Assembly (NCBI RefSeq): GCF_036365525.1
Contig: NC_090404.1
Location: 8,618,001 to 8,682,000, forward strand
Length of the DNA: 64,000 nucleotides
Direction: 5' to 3'
DNA from: Heterodontus francisci
Taxonomy: Eukaryota
Position numbers and translations under genes: made by a program
The notes under the pieces: model-generated
Database searches by the model: none
What the model was told of the DNA's origin: nothing
The model's input: the letters and a program-made list of their open reading frames with translations, nothing else
Shown here: positions 39,261 through 51,098 of the stretch, piece by piece
Layout: each line of letters begins with the position of its first letter
Numbering within the stretch: the first letter of the stretch is position 1

Positions 39261-41622
39261 TAAACTGCGAGTGCTCGAGCCAGTTGTATAAGAATAAATC
39301 TCTCCAAAGCCCAGATCTAACAACGCAAACTCATTTATATTAAAGTTCTTTCTAATAAAGTGTGTGCGCGGGTTGTAATGATTTATTAATTTTCAAACGT
39401 TTCGAGTAACAGATAATTATGGAATGAGAGTGACCTGATCTTTAGCTTAATTTCAGACTAAATAGTTTCAGGGAGTTATTGATTTAGTGACGGGTTTGAC
39501 CAACTCCAGAAAGCAGCGTCAGTTCCGATCTGGTTGGAGGCTGCAGATACTTCGAAAATCCAAATAATGTCGAACTCGCGCTCCAAATAGCTTATGTTTG
39601 AAACCGTTATTTTGTTCAATTATTTCTTTTAAAAAAGGAAGCAGGTAGGTACCAAGTCGGGTGAGATGCAGTTATTGCACTGGGTCACAAGGCTTATCGT
39701 CGCTGAATTGCACTTCAGCGAAAACATTAAAGAGATACCATCAGACGACAATGAGTCATTATTTACAAAAAGCTTCAAGCTTCTGCAACAGTATCCAATT
39801 GACTCATTTACGTCAAGTTCCTTTCCTATTTCATTTATATCAAGTAACAAAAATAGAGCTGATTAGGAGGCTCAATATTATGAAGTGTTTCCTTCTATTA
39901 AGTCGGGAAGAACTAATTCTGTTGCATCGTATGGGATCATAAAATCTTACAGCATGGAAGGAAGGCATTCGACCCCTCGTTCCTGTCCGTGTTTCGAAAT
40001 AGCGGTCCAATTTAGTCCCACACCTCAACATTTTGCTCATCATCCTGCAAATTAACCTTCATTGTGAAAAAGTCCTCATTTCCACTCAAGTCATTTGGCC
40101 AATGATTTTAACCCTTTAACCTTTGGTTACCGACAGAGGAATCAGTTTCTCCCGAATTGCTCAATCAAACCCTGTCATAATTTTAATTGGTCTCCCAATA
40201 ATCTTCACTGCTCTAAGGAAAACAATCCCAGCTTCTCCGATATCTCTACGTATCTGACCCCTCTCATCCCTGGTTGTGATCCGGCTAAACATTCATTGTC
40301 CCTTCTTCAAGGCCTTTCCAACCTTCCAAAAGTGCGGTTTCCAAAAATCCACTCAACAATAGTTCATCTGAAACCTGTACAGTGATTTCTAAAGCATCCG
40401 CATGACTTCCTTGCTTTTTGTATTCACTGACTGAATTTACAAAGCCTAGTATCCCAGATAACTGCATTATCGACTTATCCTGCCACCTTCCAAGATTTCC
40501 CAATATGCACCGCCAGGTCCCTCTGCTTTTATAACGACTTCAAAATTGTACTATTTAGATTCTACTGCCTCTCCATGTTGAAGCTCCTGAAGTGCAGCGC
40601 TTCACATTGATAGAATCATAGAATAATACAGACAGAATGAGGTGATTCGTCCAATTATTCCGGTTAACTTGCACTCAACATGTGTTTGCCCATTTCATCA
40701 GTCTGTTTATGTCCTCCTTGTGGGAAACGGATTATTAACTGACTGGGAGGGAGGAGGAAACTCATGAGAGACCCGTTCAGTACAATAGGATACAGCACAA
40801 ATCATAATGCATTTAAGAGCATGTCTCTTCCTCCAATTCTGAGAAGGAAAGAGATAGACTCGAGACATTCCCGATTCGTCTAAAGGTGGAATCTTAGAAA
40901 CTAGGATAACGAAAGTTCCCTTTTGACTTCTGTGCACTAAATCATTCAGTGCATATTTTCAAGTTTATATATTGCAAATGTCCTTTATTTCTGGGGACAA
41001 AGAAGATTTAGATTCCAACGCTGGAATTTTAAAGAGTTTATAAAGGAATTTGGGAAGCATAATTTCCCCGATTGGTGAGTTGGTAAGGAGACGGCACTGA
41101 TTGAAAATCTGTACCAAAGGAATGAGGGAGTGGGAAATCTGTTTTCCTACACAGTGGGTTGTTAGCACTTGGAATGTCCTATCAGAGAAAAAAAACAATC
41201 AGCAATAAGAATCCATAATAGCGCGAGAAAATGGAACGTTTGAAAAGAAGATTTGAAATTGAAAGTAGAACGAGATTGGTGGAGAAATCTTTCACAGGCT
41301 TGATGAGCCAATTTGCCCTCTTCTGTGCTATAAATTTGTATTATTGTATAATTCTGGATCATGCTTTGTAAATATGATTGGATTTGTTTTAAGCATAAGA
41401 CAACTGGTAGATCTAGCGGATGTAGTTATGTGACTAGGAGAACTAAACCCGCTGCAATTCAGATAAGTGTATCACCTGAAAATAACAACTTGCAATTACA
41501 TAGCCACTTTGCTGTAGTCAACACTCAGAAGAACATTCCCTGCAGTCAATTTTCAAGTTGTTTGGTTAGATATACGCTAGGGTTACAGAATCTAAATTAT
41601 GAAATTGGTCATCCTTTCCCAA

Positions 41623-41994
41623 CGACACCGTCTCCACCGGCCCCCACCCCACCTCCACCACCCACCCACAGCACCCCCCACCACCCCCCCCCCCCCCCAC
41701 CCCAGTCAACCCGCACACTCTGCGGCCAGCTCGCCTGTGAAGAACTCAACACCAACAGCGCCGGAGCCTACGGCTGTTTGGCGATGGACTACACCCCCGA
41801 AATCACCACCATTTCCTGGAAGAAAAATAAAGAACCGATCAGTACTAGATTCAAGACTTACCCGTCAGTGCCGACCAAGAAGGGAACCTACACCCGGAGC
41901 TGCCAGTTAACCATCACCGAGTCAGAGGTGGGAAGCAGCAAAATCTACTGCGAGGTTCGACGCGGAGAGTCGCTCTGGATCAATAAACTGCCAG
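41623..41994 (+). pseudogene. IGHM: IgM CH1 exon: acceptor AG mutated to AA, 75 bp C-rich in-frame insertion
   Basis: TPSPP[insert][60 protein letters not shown]|GT matches shark C-mu1 as I recall it. Confidence 0.88.
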
Positions 41995-42726
41995 GTTAGT
42001 GTCGTATACAAGGGGTAAAGTGAAAAACAGATCAGTTATATTCAACCTGTACAGAACTTTGCTTCGGTCAGCCTGAGAGTACTGCACATAATCCTGGTCT
42101 TCATTTCACACTTAGTGCGCTGTGTTTAGTTTTGGTTTTCATACTGCAAGAATGATACAGAAGCACTGGAGAAGGTACAAAAAGACTTACAAGGGCGATA
42201 CCAGAACTGAACGATTATAAATGTCAAAAAGTAATTAAAAGGCTGTTGCTCTATTCTTCAGGAAAGAGAAGGTTGCGGGTTGACCAAATACTGGTTTTTA
42301 ACATTATGAATGCGTTTAATAGGTTATATGGAGAGAAAATGTTTCTGCAAGAGAGGAAGCCCAACTCTAGGGGTTATAAGCATAATAAATTCACGAATAA
42401 ATGCAACGAAGAATGCAGGAGAAGTTTCTTCAACCAGCGTGTTTAGAATGTGGAACTTGCGACCACATAGAGCGGTTGAGACAAATGACATAGATGCCCT
42501 TGAAGAGGAATCGAGATGAGTATAGGAGGGAGAAAGGAAAGGATATTGATAGCGGGAGACAAAGCATAGTGGGAAGAGTTCATGTGGAGCAATAACTTCG
42601 ACATTGATCTATTGGATCAAATTATTTGTTTCTTTGTTTTAAATTCTATGTAATAATATTTGAAACAACGGTTTACAGTTATTTTGGATTGCAACAAAAA
42701 TACCTATATATTGTATTTTCTTGAAG

Positions 42727-43038
42727 ATCGTGTGTTACATCATCCAATTGTTATCCTCACCCAGAGTTCCAGTGAAGAAATCACAAGCAGCAGATCTGCT
42801 ACTGTCTTGTGTTCAATCATCGATTTCCATCCAGAGTCAATAACCGTGAGTTGGTTGAAGGATGGACAACCCATGGATTCGGGCTTCGTCACCTCTCCCG
42901 CCTGTGAAGCGAACGCGAACTTCTCGACGACCAGTCGGCTGACAGTCCCCGCTGGGGAATGGTTCACCAACACGGTCTATACCTGCCAAGTCTACCATCA
43001 AGTGGTCACCCAAAGCCGAAACATCACCGGATCTCCGG
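42727..43038 (+). pseudogene. IGHM: IgM CH2 exon (open frame, canonical splice sites)
   Basis: [69 protein letters not shown]|GTAAG, matching shark C-mu2. Confidence 0.88.
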
Positions 43039-43729
43039 GTAAGAGACACAAACCGAGGAAGCTCCGGATAATTCTGAGTAAAGTCAGGACTTTGATTGAA
43101 ATTAGTGTAAAGCACAGAATTATTTCGAACTTTTAATCGTGTAGCTTGTGTTTCGTTCCAAAGTAAAGGAGAAGAAAGACTTTCCTTTTTTCAGCGCGTC
43201 TAGACTCCTCTCAGAGTTTCAATCCACAAGGAAGAAGGTGAGCGGTGAGATTGAAGCAATAAGTCAGAGGTTGTGGCTATTTCCTGTGTTTGTGAAAGGG
43301 ACAATTCGTCCTATTAAATTATCTAATGGATTACTCTGATTCCACTAACGGAACCCTCTGGAACCATAGGTAATGCATTTAAGGGGAAGCTAGATAAGTA
43401 GATGAGGTAGAAAGGAATAGAAGGAGATGAAGCAAGGTGGGATGAAATTCGTGTGCAGCATAAACATCAGCACAGATTAGTTGGGCCGAATGCCCTGTTC
43501 CTGTGCTGTAAACTCCATGTAATTTTCCATTCTAATCCTTTAAGTCCTCAGTGAAAAGGATTGTATCCGCCTCTGCTCCGGGCTGGAAAACAGGACGGGT
43601 CCCAGAGGCATAAAGGAAAACCCTTAAAATCCAGCGCAAAGCCCATTCCTCTCACATCGAACCAGTGCTCTCATTGCACATGGTTATTGGTAGGCTGTGA
43701 AAATCTGAACAACAGTAACATTTCACACA

Positions 43730-44004
43730 CAAACGCAAAAACACATATAAAACACTTGCATATATATGGAGACTCAAACACATAAACACATACATTAACA
43801 AAGACACACATATATAAACACATTAAGAAGCACAAACACGCACAACACTAACTGATTTACGCACAAACGCACGCATTAGTCCGCTCACACAGGCACACAA
43901 GTAAACACGAGTGTGAACGCATACATAAATACAGTGAAAAACATCCACTAACACAGTCATACAGGCATAAACACAACGCACATCAATCCACTCACTCTCA
44001 TACT

Positions 44005-44035
<31 letters not shown>

Positions 44036-44810
44036 CCCGACAAACACGCACCCTGACACATATAAATGCAACACACTAATGTCCTCAAATACACACATGG
44101 ACACGCAGACACGGTCGTAAACACAAACATGAACGGAAACAGACACACTGAAAAACGGACACATTAACACATACACACAAACGTAAACAAACAGTGACAT
44201 ATATCAACAAACTCTCTCGCTCACACACACAAACAGAATGTTAAATATCCCCATTTACACGATCATATACACTCATTAACACTATAAACACTCATTCTCA
44301 TGTTACCTCATAAACAAATGGCCACACAAAGACAAATATCAACGAACGACACAACAGGCATGGACGCCCAAACGCACTCATAAACAAACACACTCACACA
44401 CACATGGACCCACACAGACACAAACATACACGTTAACACACACATAAAAGGACACGCAAGCACACACATAAACAAACACACGGACAGACACACAAACACA
44501 CACAAAAGCTTCTTGGCATTTCTTCGTGGATGAAGATTTTAGGCAGGTTTCGCTCATCATTTGCAGGCCTGCTGGTGGCAAGTAAGGCCTAGCCGCTACC
44601 GTAACACATAAACACTCAAGCACACACGTTAACACACACACCGAAAAAGGACTCATATAGACACATTAACACACTCAAGGTCACACAAACACACACATTA
44701 TCACACTCGCGCACATAAATGAATGCACAAACACAGAAAAATGCTAAACAAGAGATAGACATGCACACACTAAAACACGTATACTAAATGTCACATGATA
44801 CACCTATGTA
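43730..44810. repeat. Long degenerate (CA)n low-complexity tract
   Basis: About 1.1 kb of CA-rich sequence. Confidence 0.9.
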
Positions 44811-45396
44811 GAATTAAAATGTACTTTAGGATTGAGTGAAGTCTCCAATAATTGCCCTGAATAAATAAATCGTGACACGATAATATTTCACTGGTCTTTA
44901 TGTCGGTCCTAAAACACACTGAAAGAATGTCCTCAGTTTAATACTGATACAAGTTAAAGCTGTTCATTGGATTTCCACCACAGGATTTGAACTCACAGCC
45001 GACTCTCAATCAGAATCCTTGACGGTCTCCAACTAAGTTGCTATCGAAACATAACGCATGCGTGATCTATATACAGTCAGGTATCTCACCTTCATATTCA
45101 CGAACGTTAGATTGTCCGAGATTAACCCAAAATAAATTGGCGTCTGACAATGAAGGAAAAAAAAATAAAGATTTTCCAGCACGAAATGTATGAGAATCTT
45201 AAAGGAAGAACGGTTGTGGTATCAGGAACAGGAACATTGCTGAGAGTCATTCATTTAAAGTCAGATATACGTTGAAGATTAAATTACAGAACAAAATGGT
45301 ATCTCAGAGTAATGATAAGAAAACAGAATATAATAATTATATGACATCCTGGATTAATAAACGACCTGAATATATTTCCCCCTCGACATCCTGTAG

Positions 45397-45524
45397 ATTC
45401 CTCCGGCCACATCTGGATTGAAGACTATGAAGAAGAAAGCGGCAACATCAGGGCAGCCACGTCCACATACATCATCCTGTTCCTCCTGAGCATTTTCTAC
45501 AGTGTTGCCCTCACCCTGGTGAAG
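45397..45524 (+). pseudogene. IGHM: IgH (IgM-type) transmembrane exon, copy 1
   Basis: CTGTAG acceptor; DSSGHIWIEDYEEESGNIRAATSTYIILFLLSIFYSVALTLVK (Ig CART motif); followed by ATGAGA rather than GT. Confidence 0.85.
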
Positions 45525-45919
45525 ATGAGAAGATTCAATCCACCCGCAGTCACAAGAGCCTGGTGTCCATCTGACACATTCACACTGGGGAGCAGTGAGC
45601 CCGGCAATCATTCAAAAAGCACGAGGCCTATCTGATAAAGCAGGGAGGAAAGATATTGTGAATGGAACCCAGAGTCTGGTTTCTACTGGACTGATAGACT
45701 CTCTCTTTCCCATTTTGTTTATAGAAGATGGAATGATGAACGGAAAGACTGTATTTGAGGGAGAGGGGTTGAGGGATAACACATTATATGCATGGACATT
45801 TGGAATGTTCAGCTCACTAACATTGCCAGAAACAGTTTGTGTGCAAGCCGGACAAAGTTAAATTCTGATGGATAACAATTTATGTTTGTATGGAGGGGGG
45901 GGGGGGGGGTGGGCAGGGG

Positions 45920-46003
45920 TCTTAGTGTCCTTTTTGAACGAGCAAAGCGCATGTAGTTGATTATTTCATTCTGATGGTGTTCAGTTAACCCCAGTTCAGC
46001 CAT
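45920..46003 (-). pseudogene. LZTFL1: LZTFL1 N-terminal fragment
   Basis: MAELGLTEHHQNEIINYMRFARSKRTLR matches the LZTFL1 N-terminus (MAELGLNEHHQNEVINYMRFARSKRGLR); broken by a poly-C tract. Confidence 0.75.
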
Positions 46004-46309
46004 GTTGGACTACAGTAGTCCTTTAGGTGCTGCACAGATCCTCCTGCTCTCTTCCAACCGCCCTGCTCTCGGGCAAGAATGAGTTCCTTTGAAGGATCCC
46101 GAGTCCAAATGGACCACACAGACTGAAGACACAAATAGTCTGCGCTAGAGTAATCACTTCCAACCCTTCGCCATTCTCAGCAGCACTAATTAAGCCTGAC
46201 TCTGTCTTCTGTTTCCTTGACAGCATTTCTCTATGTTCTGAGACATTTTCTCCGATACGATCAGAACGTCACCCCAGGCATCCTCTCTCCTGCTGCATTC
46301 CCTCCTCAA

Positions 46310-47160
46310 ATACTGTAGCGGCCATGTAGAAATGCAGCAAGACCTGGACAATATCCAGGCTTGTGCTGATAAGTGGCAAGTAACATTCGCATGCCACACA
46401 AGTGCCAGGCGACGACCATCTCCAACAAGAGAGAATCTAACCATCTCCCCTTGACATTCAACGGGATTACGATCATTGTATCCCCCACAATCAACATCCT
46501 TGGGGCTACCATTGACGAGAAACTGAACTGGAGTAGCCATATAAATACCGTGGCTACAAGAGCAGGTCAGAGGCTAGGATTCCTGAGGCGAGTAACTCAC
46601 CTCCTGACTCCCCAAAGTCTGTCCACCATCTACAAGGCACAAGTCAGGAGTGTGATGGAATACTCTACACTTGCCTGGATGGGTGCAGCTCCAACAACAC
46701 CCAAGAAGCTCGACACCATCCAGGAAAAAACAGCCCGCTTGATTGGCACCCCATCCACAAACATTCAGTCCCTCCACCACTGACGCACAGTGGCAGCACT
46801 GTGTACCATCTACAAGATGCACCGCAGCAATGCACCAAGTCACCTTAGACAGCACCTTCCAAACCCGCGACATCTACCAACTAGAAGGACAAGGGCAGCA
46901 AATACATGGGAACACCACCACCTGCAAGTTCCCCTCCAAGTCGCATACCATCCTGACTTGGAACTATATCGCCGTTCCTTCGCTGTCACTGGGTCAAAAT
47001 CCTGGAACTCCCTTCCTAACAGCACTGTGGGTGTACCTACCCCAAATGGACTGCAGCAGTTCAAGAAGGCAGCTCACCACCACCTTCTCAAGGGCAATTA
47101 GGGATGGGCAATAAATGCTGGCCTAGCCAACGCCGCCCACATCCTTGAACGAATAAAAAA
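46310..47160 (+). mobile_element. LINE 3' end (CR1/L2-clade, different family)
   Basis: RT thumb ORF 46373-46783 (INILGATID.KLNW..HI..YKAQVRSVMEY); A-rich tail. Confidence 0.8.
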
Positions 47161-47209
47161 AATATAGAAGAGAAACTAAGTCAGTCGGGAAGGTGGAGCA
47201 AATATAGAC

Positions 47210-50200
47210 CTGTTAAGGCACAAGTGAAAAATGCAAGGCTGGATTGCATCTACTTTAACGCAAGAAGTCTTACAAGGAAGGCAGATGAATTGAGGGCGTT
47301 GGTTAACACATGGGTATATGATATTATTCCTATCACAGAGACATGGTTAAGGGAAGAGATGGCAGCTCAGTATTCCAGGGTACACAATCTTCAGGCGTAA
47401 CAGCGCGCGGGGTGGTGGGGGGGTGGGGGGGGGGGGTGGGTGTGGAGGGTGGGGTGGTGGGGTAGGTGTAGAAGAGGAGGTGGCATTGCACTATTGATCA
47501 AGGAGTCAATTACTGCAGTAAGGAGGGATGATATATTAGAAGGTCCCTCAAATGAGGCCATATGGGTAGAATTTAAAAACAAAAAGGGGACAATCACATT
47601 GCAGGGAGTGTAAAACAGTTCTCCAAACAGTAAAGGTGAGATAGACGAGCCGATATGTAGGCAAATCTCATAGAGGTGTAAAAATAATAGCGTAATAATA
47701 GGGGATTTCAACTTCCCCTATTCGCCAACTTTAAGGGCATTTAAGTGGTCATTGGATAGACATATGGATGAAAATGGAATAGTGTAGGTCAGATGGTTTC
47801 ACAGGTCGGCGCAACATCGAGGGCCGAAGGGCCTGTACTGCGCTGTAATGTTCTAATTCTAATTCTATATTAACTGTGATTGTCTTAGTACAAAAGGCTT
47901 AAAGGGGGCGGAATTCTTAAAGTGCATCCAGGAGAGCTTTTTGAGCCAGCACGTAGAAAGTCCTACAAGACAAGGGGCGGTACTGGACCTAATCTTCGGG
48001 AATGAAGCCGGACAAGTGGTGGAAGTCTCAGTGGGGGGGGGGGGGGGGGGGGGCATTTCGGGGATAGTGACCATAACTCTGTAAGATTTAATGTAGTTAT
48101 GGAAAAGGACATAGATGGACCGGAAGTAAAGGTACTGAGTTGGGGGAAGGCAGATTTCAATATGAGTCATCGAGAGAGATACAGCACTGAAACAGGCCCT
48201 TCCCTCAATTCTCCTACCACCTACCTACACTAGCGGCAATTTACAATGGCCAATTTAGCTATCAACCTGCAAGTCTTTGGCTGTGGGAGGAAACAAGAGC
48301 ACCCGACGGAAACCCACGCAGTCACAGGGAGAATTTGAAAACTCCACACAGACAGTACCCAGAACCGAACGTGGGTCGCTAAAGCAGTGATGCTAGCCAC
48401 TGCGCCACTGTGCCAAAATGATTCAACAAGATCTGGTCAAAGTGGACTGGGAACAGCTACTTATAGGAAAGTCTACATCAGATCAGTGGGAGTCATTCAA
48501 AAATGAAATAGTGAGAGTTCAGGGCCATCATGCTCGTGTAAACGTGAAGGGTAGGACTAACAAGCCGAGGGAACCCTGGATGTCAAGCGATAGAGAGGAT
48601 TGGATAACGAATAAAAAAGGAGGCTTATGGCAGATTCACAGGGCAGAAAACAATGGAGGCCCTAGAGGAGTATAGAAAGTGCAGGCGGTACTTTAATAAG
48701 TAATTAGGAGAGCGAAGGGGGTGGCATGAAAAACACTGCAGGCAAGATAAAGGAAAATCCCAAGGCCTTTTATAAGTATATCAAGGGCAAGAGGATCAGC
48801 AGGGAAAGACGAGTGCCCATTAGGGACCAAAGCGGCAATCTCTGTGTGGAACCGGAGGACGTAGGTGAGGTTTTAAATTATTACCTTTTCATCTGTGTGC
48901 ACTATGGAGAAGGACGATATAGCTGTAGAGATCAAGGAGGGGGATTGTGATAGACTTGAATAAATTAGCATTGAAAGAGAGGAGGTATAACGGTTTTAGC
49001 GGTCTTAAAAGTGGATAAATCCCCAACGCCCAGATGAGATGTATCCCAGGCTGTTGTGTGAGGCAAAGAAGGAGATTGCAGGGGCACTGACACAAATTTT
49101 CAAATCCTCTCTGGCCACAGGAGAAGTGCCAGAGGACTGGAGGACAGCGAATGTGGTACCATTATTCAAGAAGGGGAGCAGGGATAAACCAGGTAATTAC
49201 AGGCCGGCTAGTCTAACATCAGTGGGAGGGAAACTAATGGAAAAAATTCTGAGGGACAGGATTAATATCCACTTGGAGAGGCAGGGATTAATCAAGGATG
49301 GTCAGCATGGCTTTGTCAAGGGGAGATCATGTCCAACAAATTTGATCGAATCTTTCGAGGAGGTGACTAGGTGTGTAGATGAGGATAAAGCTGTTGAGGT
49401 AGTCTACGTGGACTTTAGTAAGGCTTTTGATAAGAGCCTGCATGGTAGATTGGTCAGGAAGGTAACAGCCCATGGGATCCAGGCCAATTTGGCAAATTGG
49501 ATCCAAAATGGGCTTTGTGGCAGGAGGCAGAGGGTGATTGTCGAGGGTTATTCTTGCGATTGGAAGCCTGTGACCAGTGGTATACACAGGGATCGGTGCT
49601 GGGACCCTTGCTCTTTTGTAGTGTACATTAATGATTTAGAAGTGAATATAGGAGGTATGATCAGTGTGTTCGCAGATGACACGGAAATTTTTGGTGTTGT
49701 AAATAGTGAGGAGGAAAGCCTGAGATTACAGGACGATGTAGATGGGCTGGTAAAATGAGCAGAGCAGTGGCAAATGGAATTTAATCCTGAGAAGTGTGAG
49801 GTGATGCATTTTGAGAGGACTAACAAGGCAAGGGAATATACAATGGATGGTGGGGCCACTGGAAGTACAGAAGGTCAGAGGGACCTTGGTGTACTTGTCC
49901 ATAGATCACTGAAGGGAGAACCACAGGTAGATAAGATGGTTATGAAGGCATATGGGATACTTGCCTTTATTAGCCAGGGCATAGAATATAAGCACAGGGA
50001 AGTTATGACGGAGCTACATAAAACGCTAGTTCGGTCACAGTTGAAGTACTGTGTATATTGCTGGGCACCACACTATAGGAAGGATGTGATTGCACTGGGG
50101 AGGGTGCAGAGGAGATTCACCAGGATGTTGCTGGGCTGGAGCATTTAAGCTACGAAGGGAGACTGGATAGGCTAGGGTTGTGTTCCTTAGAGCAGAGAAG

Positions 50201-50590
50201 GCTGAGGGGGTACCCGATTGACATATACAAAATTATGAGAGGCATTGATAGGTTAGACAGGAAGAAACTGTGTCCTTAACGGAGGTGTCAATAACCTGGA
50301 GGCATAGATTTAATGGAAGGGGCAGGAGGCTTAAGAGGGGATTTGAGGAAATAAAATTCACCCAGAGAGTGGTTGGAATCTGGAACGCACTGCCTGCCTG
50401 AAGAGTTGATAGAGGCAGGAACCCTCACAACATTTAAGATGTAATTAGATGAGCACTTGAAACGCCATAACATAGAAGACTACGGGCCAAATGCAGGAAA
50501 ACGGGATTAGAATAGATAAATGCTTGATGGCCGGCATGAACACGATGGGCGGAAGGACCTGTTTCTGTGCTGTATAACTCAATGACACTC
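47210..50590 (+). mobile_element. Near-full ORF2 degraded CR1 with nested SINE (48174-48414) and nested CR1 3' end (~47720-47866)
   Basis: APE motifs (ITETWL, GDFNFP) and RT ORFs 49039-49758, 49774-50148. Confidence 0.85.
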
Positions 50591-50940
50591 CCTGCTCCAT
50601 GCCCTCTGATACCATCTCCCAGAACTCAATGAACATCAGACGAGGACCATGTCAGTGACCATCAGATCGTCCCTCCCTGTTACCTGAAAGTTTCGATTCA
50701 CCTGTTTCGAGTCATCGATTTGTTTTTGGTGCCGACTGGCCTGGGGAATATCCACAGACGCTTTTGGAGTTAGGAATAGATATAGACTGATGTGATTAAA
50801 TAACTCAATTGATGTACATTGAAAAATAAATTAGGGAAATAATAATACTTCAAGTAGAATAAAACAGTATATAAAATTATAGTAATATATCTTTGGCTAA
50901 TAAACAACCTAAATATATTTCCTCCTCTACATCCCTGTAT

Positions 50941-51098
50941 ATTCCTCAGATCACATCTGGATTGAAGACCATGAGGAAGAGAGCGGCAAGATCTGGACAA
51001 CCACTTCCACATTCATCATGCTGTTCTTCTTGAGCATTTTCTACAATGCTGCCGTCACTCTGGTGAAGGTGAAAATATTCACACTTCAATCTGACTGA
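50941..51098 (+). pseudogene. IGHM: IgH (IgM-type) transmembrane exon, copy 2 (acceptor AG to AT)
   Basis: SSDHIWIEDHEEESGKIWTTTSTFIMLFFLSIFYNAAVTLVKVK..; upstream intron sequence homologous to copy 1. Confidence 0.85.

Noticed and set aside
39660-39710. JH-like HWVTRLIVA upstream of CH1
   Set aside because: No RSS, no GXG motif, no splice donor.
43823-44656. Cys/Val-rich ORFs
   Set aside because: Translation of the (TG)n low-complexity tract.
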